NCBI GenBank assembly: GCA_016193485.1
Contig: JACPRZ010000043.1
Location: 96,944 to 160,943, forward strand
Length of the DNA stretch: 64,000 bases
Direction: 5' to 3'
From: Bacteroidota bacterium
GTDB lineage: Bacteria > Bacteroidota > Bacteroidia > JACPRZ01
Shown here: piece after piece, positions 1 through 10,220 of the stretch
Position numbering within the stretch: the stretch's first letter is position 1
How the letters are laid out: every line of letters starts with the position of its first letter
Made by a program: the position numbers and the translations under genes
The notes under the pieces: model-generated
Told to the model about the DNA's origin: nothing
Seen by the model: the letters and a program-made list of their open reading frames with translations, nothing else
Databases searched by the model: none

Positions 1-57
1 TTTAAAGATTCAAACTTCCAGATACGGGCAAAGCCGAATGAGTTTAGCAATATTTAT

Positions 58-498
58 GTGGACATTAAACTTAGTAAAAAGGTATTATCAGAAATTTACA
101 TCCCTCATACCGCAATAACAAGGCACGGAGTGTTTCCTGACTATGCAATAGATAATTTTAAAACTAAAAAAACACTTTACATTGAAGTCAAAAGGCAAGA
201 TGGCTGGATAGAAGGTGGAGTGCGTTCAGATGGCAGAGAAAATGCGCATGAAAAATCTTCTAAGTTTTTTACCCCTGGTTTATTAAAAATATTACGGGCA
301 AAAGGAAATCTTGGCGAAGATGTGTTACCATTTTGGACGGTCTTTCAAGGGAATATCACCAGAGACCCTTGCCGTGTAAGAGAGATTACTTGTTGGTATG
401 ATGAATACATTGCTCACTATTATTTTTGGAGAGATTCAAAAAATCCAATCCCGTTAATGAAACACTTCAACAAACATTTAAAGCGCCTCTTGCTCTAA
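58..498 (+). CDS. putative Type II restriction endonuclease (PD-(D/E)xK-like), convergent partner of the MT-A70 methyltransferase
   Basis: ORF begins with GTG at 58; frame is open to window position 1, so the 5' end may be clipped. Candidate PD...E-x-K segment FPDYAIDN...LYIEVKRQ. Overlaps the 3' end of the methyltransferase gene (478-498). Confidence 0.35.
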   Translation: MDIKLSKKVLSEIYIPHTAITRHGVFPDYAIDNFKTKKTLYIEVKRQDGWIEGGVRSDGRENAHEKSSKFFTPGLLKILRAKGNLGEDVLPFWTVFQGNITRDPCRVREITCWYDEYIAHYYFWRDSKNPIPLMKHFNKHLKRLLL

Positions 499-1131
499 AG
501 TTTGTTCTTCGTATTCTTCTCTGACATCTAATCCCCAGACAGACCAACCTTTAGGTTTTTTACGAGCAAATAATTCAATTCGGTTTTGCGTTGGAAACAT
601 TTTTTCAATTCCTGCAAGGACTTCTTTGGGTTTTTCGCTATGCCTTCCTCTTGGACTTTTTACAAGTTGTTGAATATTTCTTGCACCTCTGGGACTTGGG
701 ATTCGTCCGCGCTTAAAAACCAAACATAATTCGCAATTAGACAATGTGTATTGCCCTGGATTATGATTCATTTTATCCCATATAAATGCAACTGTTCTGT
801 ATTCAAAATCCCATGCCTTTCCCAACTCAATAGCCTGTTCCAGGTGCGGACTTGTTGCCCACATAAATAACAGACAATCATCCTTTGCGATTTCATGAAT
901 TGGTATCTTCATGATCTCCGGAGTTTTTAAAGTAGGATACTTGAAATTTGCAGAACTGATAAAAATTTTTTTGCTTACATCAAAATTTTCAGCCCTTCCG
1001 CTTTTATCAAACTGCATTTTTCCATTGTAATCCCATGGCGGGTCGGCATAAATAATATCAAATTTTTTATCGGGCAAGTCAGGAAAGACTCGGAAGATCA
1101 TTTCTTTTAGTTCTTCTTTGCTGTTCTGCAT
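478..1131 (-). CDS. MT-A70 family N6-adenine DNA methyltransferase
   Basis: Translation contains IIYADPPWDY (DPPW catalytic motif) and LLFMWAT, typical of MT-A70-type adenine methyltransferases. Confidence 0.8.
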   Translation of the reverse strand: MQNSKEELKEMIFRVFPDLPDKKFDIIYADPPWDYNGKMQFDKSGRAENFDVSKKIFISSANFKYPTLKTPEIMKIPIHEIAKDDCLLFMWATSPHLEQAIELGKAWDFEYRTVAFIWDKMNHNPGQYTLSNCELCLVFKRGRIPSPRGARNIQQLVKSPRGRHSEKPKEVLAGIEKMFPTQNRIELFARKKPKGWSVWGLDVREEYEEQTLEQEAL

Positions 1132-1250
1132 TATAAATCGTGTAGCCGGTTAACTTACGACCATTGCCATTGTGAATCTCCAATTCAGGCGACTTCAACT
1201 CTTTGGAGAATATGTCAATTTGTATTTGTTTCATTTGCCTTGTGCTAATT

Positions 1251-1342
1251 ATATACTGATGCTGAATGATTTTGTGCTGACGCTTGGATACGGCATTCTG
1301 ACATTTATCGTCAGAACAAATCATTCAGGTCAGTATAGTATG
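1251..1342. repeat. nested palindromic element: outer hairpin ctgaatgatt/aatcattcag with an inner insert carrying gacatttatcgtc
   Basis: Inverted repeat ctgaatgatt (1262-1271) and aatcattcag (1319-1328); inner palindrome ctgacatttatcgtcag (1298-1314). A simple version of the outer hairpin recurs at 9341-9389. Confidence 0.6.
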
Positions 1343-1382
1343 CAAATATAAAATCTTTATTTTAATTACTTCTGCAGCAAAC

Positions 1383-4300
1383 TTATTTCTTCATCAACTC
1401 CTTCGCTTCGTTTACCGGTATCCTCTTTCCTTTATGGAAAGCGATGACAAACGCTTCTTTGAATCCTTTGCTTTTCATCTGGTTCTGCAGGGCGATAACA
1501 GCATCGTAATTGGTTTCACTTCCTACCGTGTATTTGTAAATCCCGCCATCCTCGTAATAACCTACACCCGTAACACCGTTGAAGTTTTCCGGGGTAAGGG
1601 ATTTAAGTTTGGTTGAGGTGGATATTTGTACTTTTAAAATTACTCCTTCGGAATATGGTATTTTTCCAGTATCGCTTTCCTCGCCAACTAATTTCACATC
1701 GCCTGCCTGCACTATGAGCATTTCCACACGCCTGTTCTTCTGCCTGCCGGCAGGAGTAGTGTTATCGGCAACAGGATATTTCTCACCGAAATATTTGAGA
1801 ACAATGCGGTCACCTGAAATTCCTTTGCTTACCAGGTACCGCTTTATCGCTTCTACCCGTTTCATTGAAAGAATAAGGTTGTATCCGTCAGGGCCGATAT
1901 TATCGGTATGGCCGCCAAGTTTTAATTTCCAGGCGGGTTTTGCAGACAGCATGGTCGCAAGGTCATTCAGGGCGCTGTACGATTCAGGGCGTATTACATC
2001 AAGCGCAATATCAAACTCCAGGTTATTGAATGCAGTGTTGAGAATATTTTTTTCATCGCTTTTCAGCACCGCTTTCACATCAGTTGCTTCAAGTAAACTC
2101 AGGTTCACGAGGTCTTCGGAAGGCAGTTTTTCATAGTGGAAATAACCGTCTTCTCCTTTAATGATTTTCCGCATCGCCTCACCCTTTGCAATTATTTTCA
2201 GTTCCCTCAGTTTTGCCGTGTCACCACCGGCAAGAAGGAAGAGAACATTTTCTTCCGGGGGAAGTTTTTCAAAAACAAAAAATCCGTCTTCATTCCGGGT
2301 ACCTATCATCAGGGTATCGCCTTCAGGGCTGATTACATAAAGTTTGACTTCCGATTCCGGCAATTTTTCAAAACGGTAATAGTTATCCGGTCCTCTCTTC
2401 GCTTTCTGGATTGATCCACCGGCAACTATGGTGATATCAGGATCATCCATCCCGGAAAGGGCAAAAAAGTAATTCGGGTGGTCGGGTAAATGTTCAAATA
2501 CGAACATGCTGTCTTCTGTCATCTCGGCAACTTCAAGAGTATCGCCTTTGGCATCTATCATATAGAGTTTTACCTTGCTTTCGGGCAGTTGCCTGTAATG
2601 GTAAAATCCGTCATCTTTCAGCACGAGCGGCACTATATTTCCTTCGCTAAGTGCGTAGATTTCATCAACTAATTTTGTGTCATCATATTTTTGAAGGTCA
2701 AAGCGGTCTTTCGGGTCCATGGGTAGTTTTTCAAATACAAAATAACCGTCCTGGCTTTGCACTACGGTGCGTACGGTGTCGCCTTTGGCTCCGATGAAAT
2801 GCAGTTTCATCGGACAACCTTTGTTGTTACGCGGGCCTGGTTCATCGGGGCACCGGTCATCTTTATCCACAATTTTATCATTGTCACGGTCGGGACATCC
2901 TCTGAGGGCGATCATTCCGGGTACGGACGGGCAATCGTCAAACTTATCAATCACTTTATCGCCATCGCTGTCGGGGCAGCCGGCAAATTCTTTGGGACCT
3001 TTTGTACTGGGGCACTCATCATCTTTATCGCGTATGCCGTCTTTATCGCGGTCGCGGTCACCGCGGCCGAAAGTGAGATTCAAACCGAACCGTACATGGG
3101 CGTTTTTTGATTTTTCCGGGAAGAAAGCACCGTAAAAATTATCAGTTACAATGTAAAACTGGAAAAATGCCAGGTTTAATGAAAGTCCGGCACCGAGGTT
3201 AAAATAACTCCTGTTAAAAATTGAATAAGAGAGCGTGCCTCCAAACCACCGGCCGAACCGGGTAAATGAAGTAACACTGAAACCCGGATAAAAATGACGT
3301 TTGAATTTTTCACCATAGAGGGAAATGGCCACATTATTTTTTTCGTTGATTTTGTAAATGCCTGTGAGGTAAATCTGCGGTGAGAGCCAGTTGGTGTATG
3401 GCTTATATGTTTTCCTGATTTTAAAGGTTCCTTCAAGCGAATCGGCAATAGGTTGAAAAACGTCAATAGTATCCGACTGCAGAGACCGGATAAAAGCGGT
3501 AACATCAACTCCTTCATATTTGAATGTTGCGCTGTCGTTGGCAAAATTGCGCACATAGTCCTTCCACCGGATAAAACCAAGGTCAATGATGGAAGCCGAA
3601 AAATCCCATTTTTCATCGAGTGTATACGTACCTCCGAGGTCAAACCCGAACCCGCGGTTTTTCATACCAAGTAAATATTTTTTTGCATCAATGGTTTCAT
3701 CGGTATCATTCATGGGACCCGAAGTATTTATCAGCCAGTCGGCATTAAAGGTGATGTCGTAGGTTCCCGTATCGGTCTGAAGAGAAAGGTCGCTTTTGGC
3801 TGTCCAGATATTGGTCATACCGTAGAGATATTTGAAACGGCCTCCGATGTTGAATTTTTCCTGGAACCTGTGCACCCAACTGAGTCCATATTCCCGGTAA
3901 TGGATGGCATCAAAACCGATATCTTTGAAGGAAGCCAGCCCGCTGGCATCATCAATAAAAGCGCCATTACCTTTCCACAGGAGTTTTACAAAATCGCGGG
4001 GGTATGTCAACCGGAGAAACACTTTTTCAGTGACATTAAGAGCGAAATAATTATTTTCTTTTACCCTGAATCCAACGGAAAGTAAATCAACCTGTGTCCC
4101 GAATGAAAGATGGTTTCTTTTGGCAAGTTTTTTAACTACATTATCCATATCAATATAGAGCGAATCGTCTCCACGGATTTTTAAAGCATCTGCAATCCGG
4201 AATCCGCTGTGACTGAATGAACCGTAAACCGAAGAAATAACAGGCAGCCCAATGTTTACCTTTGCAAACGGAAAATATGCCGGGTTGGTGTACGTGTACT

Positions 4301-4409
4301 GGGGAACGGTGTACAGGTTATGCAGTGTAAGGTCCTGCTGGGCAGATGATATCAGCGGACTGAAAAACAGAAAAAAGAAATAAAATAAAAATAAAAGACG
4401 TTTTTTCAT
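1383..4409 (-). CDS. OmpA-family outer membrane protein with thrombospondin type 3 (Asp-rich Ca-binding) repeats, OmpA-like domain and C-terminal SPOR-like domain
   Basis: Signal peptide ([25 protein letters not shown]); [17 protein letters not shown] and [17 protein letters not shown] repeats; OmpA-C-like region [28 protein letters not shown]...RRVEMLIV; four YFVFEKLP-type repeats. Confidence 0.85.
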   Translation of the reverse strand: MKKRLLFLFYFFFLFFSPLISSAQQDLTLHNLYTVPQYTYTNPAYFPFAKVNIGLPVISSVYGSFSHSGFRIADALKIRGDDSLYIDMDNVVKKLAKRNHLSFGTQVDLLSVGFRVKENNYFALNVTEKVFLRLTYPRDFVKLLWKGNGAFIDDASGLASFKDIGFDAIHYREYGLSWVHRFQEKFNIGGRFKYLYGMTNIWTAKSDLSLQTDTGTYDITFNADWLINTSGPMNDTDETIDAKKYLLGMKNRGFGFDLGGTYTLDEKWDFSASIIDLGFIRWKDYVRNFANDSATFKYEGVDVTAFIRSLQSDTIDVFQPIADSLEGTFKIRKTYKPYTNWLSPQIYLTGIYKINEKNNVAISLYGEKFKRHFYPGFSVTSFTRFGRWFGGTLSYSIFNRSYFNLGAGLSLNLAFFQFYIVTDNFYGAFFPEKSKNAHVRFGLNLTFGRGDRDRDKDGIRDKDDECPSTKGPKEFAGCPDSDGDKVIDKFDDCPSVPGMIALRGCPDRDNDKIVDKDDRCPDEPGPRNNKGCPMKLHFIGAKGDTVRTVVQSQDGYFVFEKLPMDPKDRFDLQKYDDTKLVDEIYALSEGNIVPLVLKDDGFYHYRQLPESKVKLYMIDAKGDTLEVAEMTEDSMFVFEHLPDHPNYFFALSGMDDPDITIVAGGSIQKAKRGPDNYYRFEKLPESEVKLYVISPEGDTLMIGTRNEDGFFVFEKLPPEENVLFLLAGGDTAKLRELKIIAKGEAMRKIIKGEDGYFHYEKLPSEDLVNLSLLEATDVKAVLKSDEKNILNTAFNNLEFDIALDVIRPESYSALNDLATMLSAKPAWKLKLGGHTDNIGPDGYNLILSMKRVEAIKRYLVSKGISGDRIVLKYFGEKYPVADNTTPAGRQKNRRVEMLIVQAGDVKLVGEESDTGKIPYSEGVILKVQISTSTKLKSLTPENFNGVTGVGYYEDGGIYKYTVGSETNYDAVIALQNQMKSKGFKEAFVIAFHKGKRIPVNEAKELMKK

Positions 4410-4490
4410 CGGATATCTGGAAAAGGGAATACAAAGATAGTAATATCAGGGAGAAAGGGAGCAAGAGAGCATGTCAGAAAATAATGAGTA

Positions 4491-4676
4491 TTTGTTACTA
4501 TTCACTCCAAATTACAAATTATTATTGGTCATTGCAATTTAACTCTGTGTAACTCAGTGTACTCTGTGCTCTCTGTGTTGAAGAATTTTTCCGCCTGAGG
4601 CGGATCTGTCCTTTGGCGGATAACACAGAGTTCACTGAGATAACAGAGTTTCACAGAGGGGATGAATAGTAACGAG
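4491..4676. repeat. CACAGAG-hairpin element copy 1 with terminal inverted repeat ttgttactattcac / gtgaatagtaac
   Basis: About 130 bp identical in reverse complement to 10221-10349; contains ctctgtg/cacagag inverted repeats and a ccgcctgaggcgg hairpin; embedded mini-ORF 4471-4545 ends in PNYKLLLVIAI. Confidence 0.7.
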
Positions 4677-4696
4677 TATTTTATTAATATCGGAAG

Positions 4697-5581
4697 ATGT
4701 ATTCAAACGGTAACCGGATATTTAAGAAAAAAGACCCAAGTAACAAGCCCCAAGTCCCAAGTTCCAAGGGGTTTGTCCACGGAATTTGGTTCTTCAATGT
4801 TTCACAAAGGGAGATTGTTTTATTATCCGTTTTATTTATTATTTCAGCGATGATTATTTCGATTGAGGGTGGTGATGCTCAGAACGCTGAAAATTTCAAA
4901 GAAAAACAGATGAAATATGAACGGGTGAAGAATGCTTTCCGGGAAAAAGAGAAAACGGTAAATGAGATGCTTGCGGCAAAAAATCTCTCTGCAGTCCGGC
5001 TGGAAATTTTTGTCCGGATTTTCAAGACGGAAAAAAAGGTTGAAGTATGGGGTAAGAACCGGGAGGACTCGGTTTTTATCCCGTTAACAGATTATGATAT
5101 TTGCACATCGTCAGGTAGTGTGGGTCCTAAGCGCAAGCAAGGTGACGGGCAGGTTCCTGAGGGTTTTTACCACATCGAACGTTTTAATCCAGTAAGCAAC
5201 TTTCATCTTTCTCTTGGTATTAATTATCCTGACAAATCGGACAGAATTTTGGGCGGGGGAGGAAATTTAGGCGGGGACATATTTATTCACGGCAATTGCG
5301 TAAGCATTGGTTGTATTCCGATAACCGATGATAAGATAAAAGAACTATACATCCTTGCTGTGGAATCGCGGAACAACGGGCAGGAAAAAATTCCGGTTCA
5401 TATTTTCCCATGCCGGATGGACGGCAGTGAATTTGAAGGATTGAAAAAAGAGTATGCCACGTATAATAAACTCCTGGAATTCTGGCAAAATGTAAAGGAG
5501 GGATGGGATTATTTTGAAAACGGGAAAAAAGTACCAATAGTGTCGGTTGACGGCAGCGGAAAATACAAGTTCAGGCCTTAA
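4697..5581 (+). CDS. L,D-transpeptidase (YkuD-like) family protein
   Basis: Catalytic-type motif IFIHGNCVSIGCIPITD (His...Cys L,D-transpeptidase signature); hydrophobic N-terminal anchor. Start codon uncertain. Confidence 0.65.
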   Translation: MYSNGNRIFKKKDPSNKPQVPSSKGFVHGIWFFNVSQREIVLLSVLFIISAMIISIEGGDAQNAENFKEKQMKYERVKNAFREKEKTVNEMLAAKNLSAVRLEIFVRIFKTEKKVEVWGKNREDSVFIPLTDYDICTSSGSVGPKRKQGDGQVPEGFYHIERFNPVSNFHLSLGINYPDKSDRILGGGGNLGGDIFIHGNCVSIGCIPITDDKIKELYILAVESRNNGQEKIPVHIFPCRMDGSEFEGLKKEYATYNKLLEFWQNVKEGWDYFENGKKVPIVSVDGSGKYKFRP

Positions 5582-6522
5582 TCCGAATCCTCGCTGGTCT
5601 CTTCCCTTTTGATTTCACCCGGAATAAATTTCCCTTCCCTCAATATGTAGCGGTCTCCTTTGGAAAGAACATGTACGGTAAGATTCTGAATAGAGAGGGG
5701 GGTGCCTTCTTCAATATCAGAAATATTGGTATATTTAATATTATGTCCGTCCACGAGTATGACAAGCCCGGTGCCGAGGGTTTCGAGGTTATCGCCATTG
5801 GTTACAAGCACAGCAGTATTTTCTCCGAGCCCGATCCCTATACAGGAAGGATTACCGACAACCGCCTGCGCCAACCGGCCAAACCGTCCCCGTTTTACAA
5901 AATGAGTATCTATGATTACATCCTGTATCAGTCCCAGACCGGTTGTAATTTTCACCGATCCTTTCAATAATGCCTCGCTGGGGCTTCCTGTATAAATCAT
6001 GGTATTGGACATCGCCATTGCTCCAGCGCTGGTGCCTGCAATTACGATATGGTCATTTTTGTAACGGTATTGGAGCAATTCATGAAGTTGTGTTCCCCCC
6101 AATGTGGAACTGAGCCGCATTTGATTTCCACCGGTGAACATGATGCCATCGGCAGTTTCCAGCCGCCTGATAATATCGGGATGGTTCGCTTCTTCGCGCG
6201 AGCGTATATGCATCAGTTCAATGCGGTCGACATCAAGCCGTTTGAATGATTCTTTGTAAAGATTTCCGATTTCTTCCGGTATTGAGGAAGCGGTAGTGAT
6301 CACTTCCACATGTTCGCGTACTTCCTGTATCTCATCAATGAAACGGCTAAGAATTTCGGGTTTGAAAAATTCAAGATTTCCGGCCGGCTTAAAATTTCCT
6401 TCATGTTCAGAGCCCTTATCTTCCCTCCCCCCGATGAGAATGAGTTTTCCTACCGGTGCATCGCCATTGCCATTCCGGCCGTTACCCCATTTTTTTGAAT
6501 TTCCCTCTGAATTTCCAAACAT
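5578..6522 (-). CDS. cphB: cyanophycinase (peptidase S51)
   Basis: IMFTGGNQMRL, nucleophile motif VIAGTSAGAMAM, and IIDTHFVKRGRFGRL match the S51 cyanophycinase pattern. Confidence 0.8.
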   Translation of the reverse strand: MFGNSEGNSKKWGNGRNGNGDAPVGKLILIGGREDKGSEHEGNFKPAGNLEFFKPEILSRFIDEIQEVREHVEVITTASSIPEEIGNLYKESFKRLDVDRIELMHIRSREEANHPDIIRRLETADGIMFTGGNQMRLSSTLGGTQLHELLQYRYKNDHIVIAGTSAGAMAMSNTMIYTGSPSEALLKGSVKITTGLGLIQDVIIDTHFVKRGRFGRLAQAVVGNPSCIGIGLGENTAVLVTNGDNLETLGTGLVILVDGHNIKYTNISDIEEGTPLSIQNLTVHVLSKGDRYILREGKFIPGEIKREETSEDSD

Positions 6523-6684
6523 AAATTAAAACTAAGGCAAACGTATCATTAGTTGCGGTACAAAAACCGGAAGAAGAAGAAATTTTTTAACCGGTGATTG
6601 TTAACAATGGTTCGGTAAAAATTTACCCGAATGAATGTACCGGTATATTATGAAAAGAAACGGGGGAGAAAAAAATATCTCTTT

Positions 6685-7782
6685 TCAAATCTGCGGTTTT
6701 GTCTGGTAAAGATACCGCACGGTATCTACAAATCGCAGAGAAATTTCATAACTGCCGCGCCCGGAGGAAGCGGAACGCAGATCGGAAATATTTATGTCAT
6801 AACTGACTCCGATGGAATAGTAAGCCAACTGAAGGTGAGTTGATAAAATAACCGCATCCTTATTTCGGTAATGACCTCCGAAAGCGATGGAAGCGCCTTT
6901 CAGCCGCCCTGTATATTTTGACTCTTCTTTAAGCCGGTACCGGATCAACCCCCCCGTAAGCATTTCTGTAGCCGGTCCCTGTTGAAACCAGGCAAGGGAA
7001 GGCAGGATGGAAAGCGGGGTATTTTTTATACCGATGTTGCCGGTGGCATGCGCTGTGAATTTTCTGAATAATTTTTCATCAGGATTATTATAGAAGGAAT
7101 AATTCGGCTGATTAACATGAAACATAGCCACTCCCGCGGATAACTGCAGGTGATCATTTGCATTGATTGATTTTTCGTCCTTATCGAGATACCAGTCAAG
7201 TCCGGCTCCCACATCCGGCTGGGTGAAACTTTCATTCTGGATGGGGCTTGCAGGGGTAATTGCCGGGTTCCATTGTTTTCCGTCATACTGACTTCCCCAC
7301 TGAAGTTTTGATGCATCAATACTCCGGTTGAGCACACCGCCAAGAAGGCCGGCAGCAAATATCATTTCCTTAGTGATCATAACGTGATAAGCGAGCGAAA
7401 GGTTTGCCTGCAGGGCATGCATTGAGGCATCACCGGCATTGTCATTATACAGGGTAACACCCCAGGCAAGTCCCTGTCCGGGCGCTTTTTTGAAGAAGAA
7501 TGGGGTGCGTTTTTTATCCACATCGTCCCATTTTTTCTTGTTCATACGCATGCAATAGGATACCGAAAATGTTTTATACGGAACCGCCACACTGCGCCAT
7601 TGTTCCTTATAATTTAATTGTGCTTCCATATACCCGTTGGCTCCGGTCATGGCAGGATTCAGCAGATGAGGGGTGAAGTAATATTGGGAAAAGTGGAGGT
7701 CCTGTGCGAAAGCAAAAAGACCTGCCGCCAGGAAGTTTACGGTAATACCGGCAGTAAGTAAATAGTTGTTGTATGTTTTCAT
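6685..7782 (-). CDS. PorP/SprF family type IX secretion system membrane protein
   Basis: N-terminus AQDLHFSQYYFTPHLLNPAMTG is the PorP/SprF hallmark; beta-barrel-like composition ending in F. Confidence 0.85.
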   Translation of the reverse strand: MKTYNNYLLTAGITVNFLAAGLFAFAQDLHFSQYYFTPHLLNPAMTGANGYMEAQLNYKEQWRSVAVPYKTFSVSYCMRMNKKKWDDVDKKRTPFFFKKAPGQGLAWGVTLYNDNAGDASMHALQANLSLAYHVMITKEMIFAAGLLGGVLNRSIDASKLQWGSQYDGKQWNPAITPASPIQNESFTQPDVGAGLDWYLDKDEKSINANDHLQLSAGVAMFHVNQPNYSFYNNPDEKLFRKFTAHATGNIGIKNTPLSILPSLAWFQQGPATEMLTGGLIRYRLKEESKYTGRLKGASIAFGGHYRNKDAVILSTHLQLAYYSIGVSYDINISDLRSASSGRGSYEISLRFVDTVRYLYQTKPQI

Positions 7783-7809
7783 AGGAAGGCGGTTGGTATT
7801 AAAATCGGA

Positions 7810-8154
7810 TTATGAAATCAGGTTATTGATTATTGATGACACTTGTTCCCGTACCGAAAGATTTTCGATATAACGGGAAGGATTACCCAGGTATGGACGG
7901 ATATTTATCATGGCTTCAAAATTGATCCACTCCTCTCCTGTTTTATCCGGGAATAAATTCACACCCCACAGGTCTTCATCGCGGGAACCATCATCCATCA
8001 ATGCTTTTTCACCATCCGGATGCGTTTCAGCCCCAGCGTAAATTACCTTTCGGACAATATCCACAACCGCTTTTACCGGTTCCGGATCACCATCCCTTTC
8101 CTTATTACAATCCTTCAATTCTTGTTTTGATACAGGCGCCTTAATGAGTTTCAT
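7810..8154 (-). CDS. hypothetical protein (small acidic protein)
   Basis: Intact 114-aa ORF in a co-directional string between porP and the isoaspartyl peptidase; no motif recognised. Confidence 0.45.
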   Translation of the reverse strand: MKLIKAPVSKQELKDCNKERDGDPEPVKAVVDIVRKVIYAGAETHPDGEKALMDDGSRDEDLWGVNLFPDKTGEEWINFEAMINIRPYLGNPSRYIENLSVREQVSSIINNLIS

Positions 8155-8232
8155 AATTCTTCCCCGAGACGAAAATAAGAAAAATTATGATTCGCTATAA
8201 GACGGATACCAGGGAGGGAATGCGGATATGAA

Positions 8233-9288
8233 TTATTCCCGGTAAATAAAAACCTTTGCCTGACCATCGGTATTGATATAACCACGGTACATTCCATCCG
8301 AATTAAAAGGCATTGCAATGTTTCCGTTTTTATCAACTGCAATGAGTCCGCCTTCACCGCCCATTTTTTTCAATTTAATGTTAATAATATCCCCTGATGC
8401 CGATCCGAGAGAGGCGCCTGAATATTCCATTCTTGCGGAGACATCATAAGCGGTCACCGTGCGGATGAAATATTCCCCATGGCCGGTGCATGATACAGCG
8501 CACGTTTTATTGTTGGCGTAAGTTCCTGCTCCGATAATCGGGGAGTCACCTACCCGGCCGAATTTTTTATTGGTCATGCCACCGGTTGAAGTTCCCGCTG
8601 CAAGGTTACCGTATTTATCGAGGGCGACAGCCCCGACAGTTCCGAATTTTTTCATTTTGAATTCCATGTCAAAATTTTCCTGTATTGAACCTGAAGTATC
8701 GTCAGCGTGGTCGAGAGCCGGCTTCTCATGTTTTTTTATTTCCTGCAGTTGCCGGTAGCGGATCTCATCGTAAAAATAAGAGGTATCGACAAGTTCAATT
8801 CCATGTTCACGCGCAAATGCCTCGGCACCGCGGCCGACCATCATCACATGAGGCGACTTTTCCATTACCGCCCTTGCAGCCGTGATCGGGTTTTTAATAA
8901 TCCTGACGCTAGCCACCGCTCCGGCATTCAGTGTTTTGCCGTCCATTATTGCGGCATCCATTTCGTTTTTTCCGTCAGCCGTGAAAACCGATCCTTTGCC
9001 TGCGTTGAAAAGCGGGGAGTCCTCCATCACCCGGATTGCCGCTTCAACAGCATCCATGCCTGTGCCGCCTTTTTTCAGAATGGAATACCCTGCCATCAGC
9101 GCCTCGGTCATTTTATCCTTGTACGCTTTTTCTTTTTCAGGGGTCATGTTTTTTTTCAGGATTGTACCTGCTCCGCCATGAATTACCAATACAATTGTGT
9201 CCATCTTACCTTGATTTGATGTTGGTTGTCCCGAAATTTGAGAAAAGAATACAAATGCGAGGGGGATTAAAAACACCAGAGATTTCAT
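8233..9288 (-). CDS. iaaA: isoaspartyl peptidase / L-asparaginase (Ntn-hydrolase, plant-type asparaginase family), secreted
   Basis: Signal peptide; VIHGGAG; autoprocessing-site motif GTVGAVALD; GHGEYFIR. Confidence 0.85.
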   Translation of the reverse strand: MKSLVFLIPLAFVFFSQISGQPTSNQGKMDTIVLVIHGGAGTILKKNMTPEKEKAYKDKMTEALMAGYSILKKGGTGMDAVEAAIRVMEDSPLFNAGKGSVFTADGKNEMDAAIMDGKTLNAGAVASVRIIKNPITAARAVMEKSPHVMMVGRGAEAFAREHGIELVDTSYFYDEIRYRQLQEIKKHEKPALDHADDTSGSIQENFDMEFKMKKFGTVGAVALDKYGNLAAGTSTGGMTNKKFGRVGDSPIIGAGTYANNKTCAVSCTGHGEYFIRTVTAYDVSARMEYSGASLGSASGDIINIKLKKMGGEGGLIAVDKNGNIAMPFNSDGMYRGYINTDGQAKVFIYRE

Positions 9289-9340
9289 CCATAGGGTTTG
9301 AAACGCAAACGTAAGTAAAATTCAATTATACAGGAATATT

Positions 9341-9389
9341 ATACTAACGCTGAATGATTATGCACAATCATTCAGGTCAGCATATAGTG
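9341..9389. repeat. palindromic hairpin ctgaatgatt-atgcac-aatcattcag (simple form of the 1251-1342 element)
   Basis: Shares the outer inverted repeat and the gtcag(c/t)atatagt tail with the element at 1251-1342; lies downstream of recO. Confidence 0.6.
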
Positions 9390-9417
9390 ATGAATTTGAT
9401 TTTGCATACTTGCAAAA

Positions 9418-10140
9418 TCAAATTCCGTCAGTATACATCAATTCCAGTGACCGGATGCGGTGCATCCCCGGAAGATGTATGCGATAGTAAAGAACCAGTT
9501 TGCCGAGAAGTTCTTTTGCCATATCCGGGAAGATCATTTCTTTTGTCGGAGAATCAGATGTTTTCCCGATAACAGAGGACAAAATGCGTGATAATGGAGG
9601 ATGAATGAAATCGGGATGGCCGGCAAATGGTGTAAATTTTCCGTTACGCAGATCAAAATATTCCGAATGGGTGGAAAAATTATTCTGAGGAAAAAATCCA
9701 AGGTAACGGGAGAGTTGAATCAGGAATAAAAGGCAGAAATCACACGTAATTATTGGCGCATCATCCAACTGGTGTGTTGTCTGAACAAGGAATCCGAACA
9801 AATCCGGATTGGCCTCTTCTTCCTTTACTGCCCGCAGTATTGTTTCGGCAATAAAAAATGCAGCGCTTCTCTTATCAGGATCAAATGGAATGGAATGGAA
9901 TGGCTTTTCCGCCTCCGCTTCTTTAATCCGTTGGACATCCCTTGTCGGGCGGTGATAAACTTCCATTTTCATCAGCGACAGAGGGCGGGTTAAATAATTT
10001 CTCAATGGCTTTTTGGTTCCCTTCAATCCCTGAGAAATATATGATACCAGTCCGAAATTTTCAGTATAAATTTTAACGATAATGGCTGAATCGGAGTAGG
10101 GAATATGATGAAGGACGATGCCGCGGGTTTTGGTTAACAT
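9418..10140 (-). CDS. recO: DNA repair protein RecO
   Basis: N-terminus MLTKTRGIVLHHIPYSDSAIIVKIYTE is the typical RecO OB-fold start; length 240 aa. Confidence 0.8.
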   Translation of the reverse strand: MLTKTRGIVLHHIPYSDSAIIVKIYTENFGLVSYISQGLKGTKKPLRNYLTRPLSLMKMEVYHRPTRDVQRIKEAEAEKPFHSIPFDPDKRSAAFFIAETILRAVKEEEANPDLFGFLVQTTHQLDDAPIITCDFCLLFLIQLSRYLGFFPQNNFSTHSEYFDLRNGKFTPFAGHPDFIHPPLSRILSSVIGKTSDSPTKEMIFPDMAKELLGKLVLYYRIHLPGMHRIRSLELMYTDGI

Positions 10141-10220
10141 GGAAAAAATAGGGCTTTAATTAGTTCCCGTGTAAAATTGATATTTCTGATTGATGGTAAA
10201 ATTTACGTAAATATAAATTT

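Noticed and set aside
1079-1324. 81-aa ORF between the methyltransferase and the OmpA gene
   Set aside because: It overlaps the methyltransferase 5' end and runs through the palindromic repeat at 1251-1342; most likely a chance frame.
1434-4085. Multiple plus-strand ORFs (60-185 aa) inside the OmpA-family gene
   Set aside because: Shadow ORFs antisense to a long, motif-rich gene; no independent support.
8151-9314. ORFs overlapping or antisense to the isoaspartyl peptidase gene
   Set aside because: The peptidase frame carries the diagnostic GTVGAVALD motif; the overlapping frames are low-complexity and unsupported.
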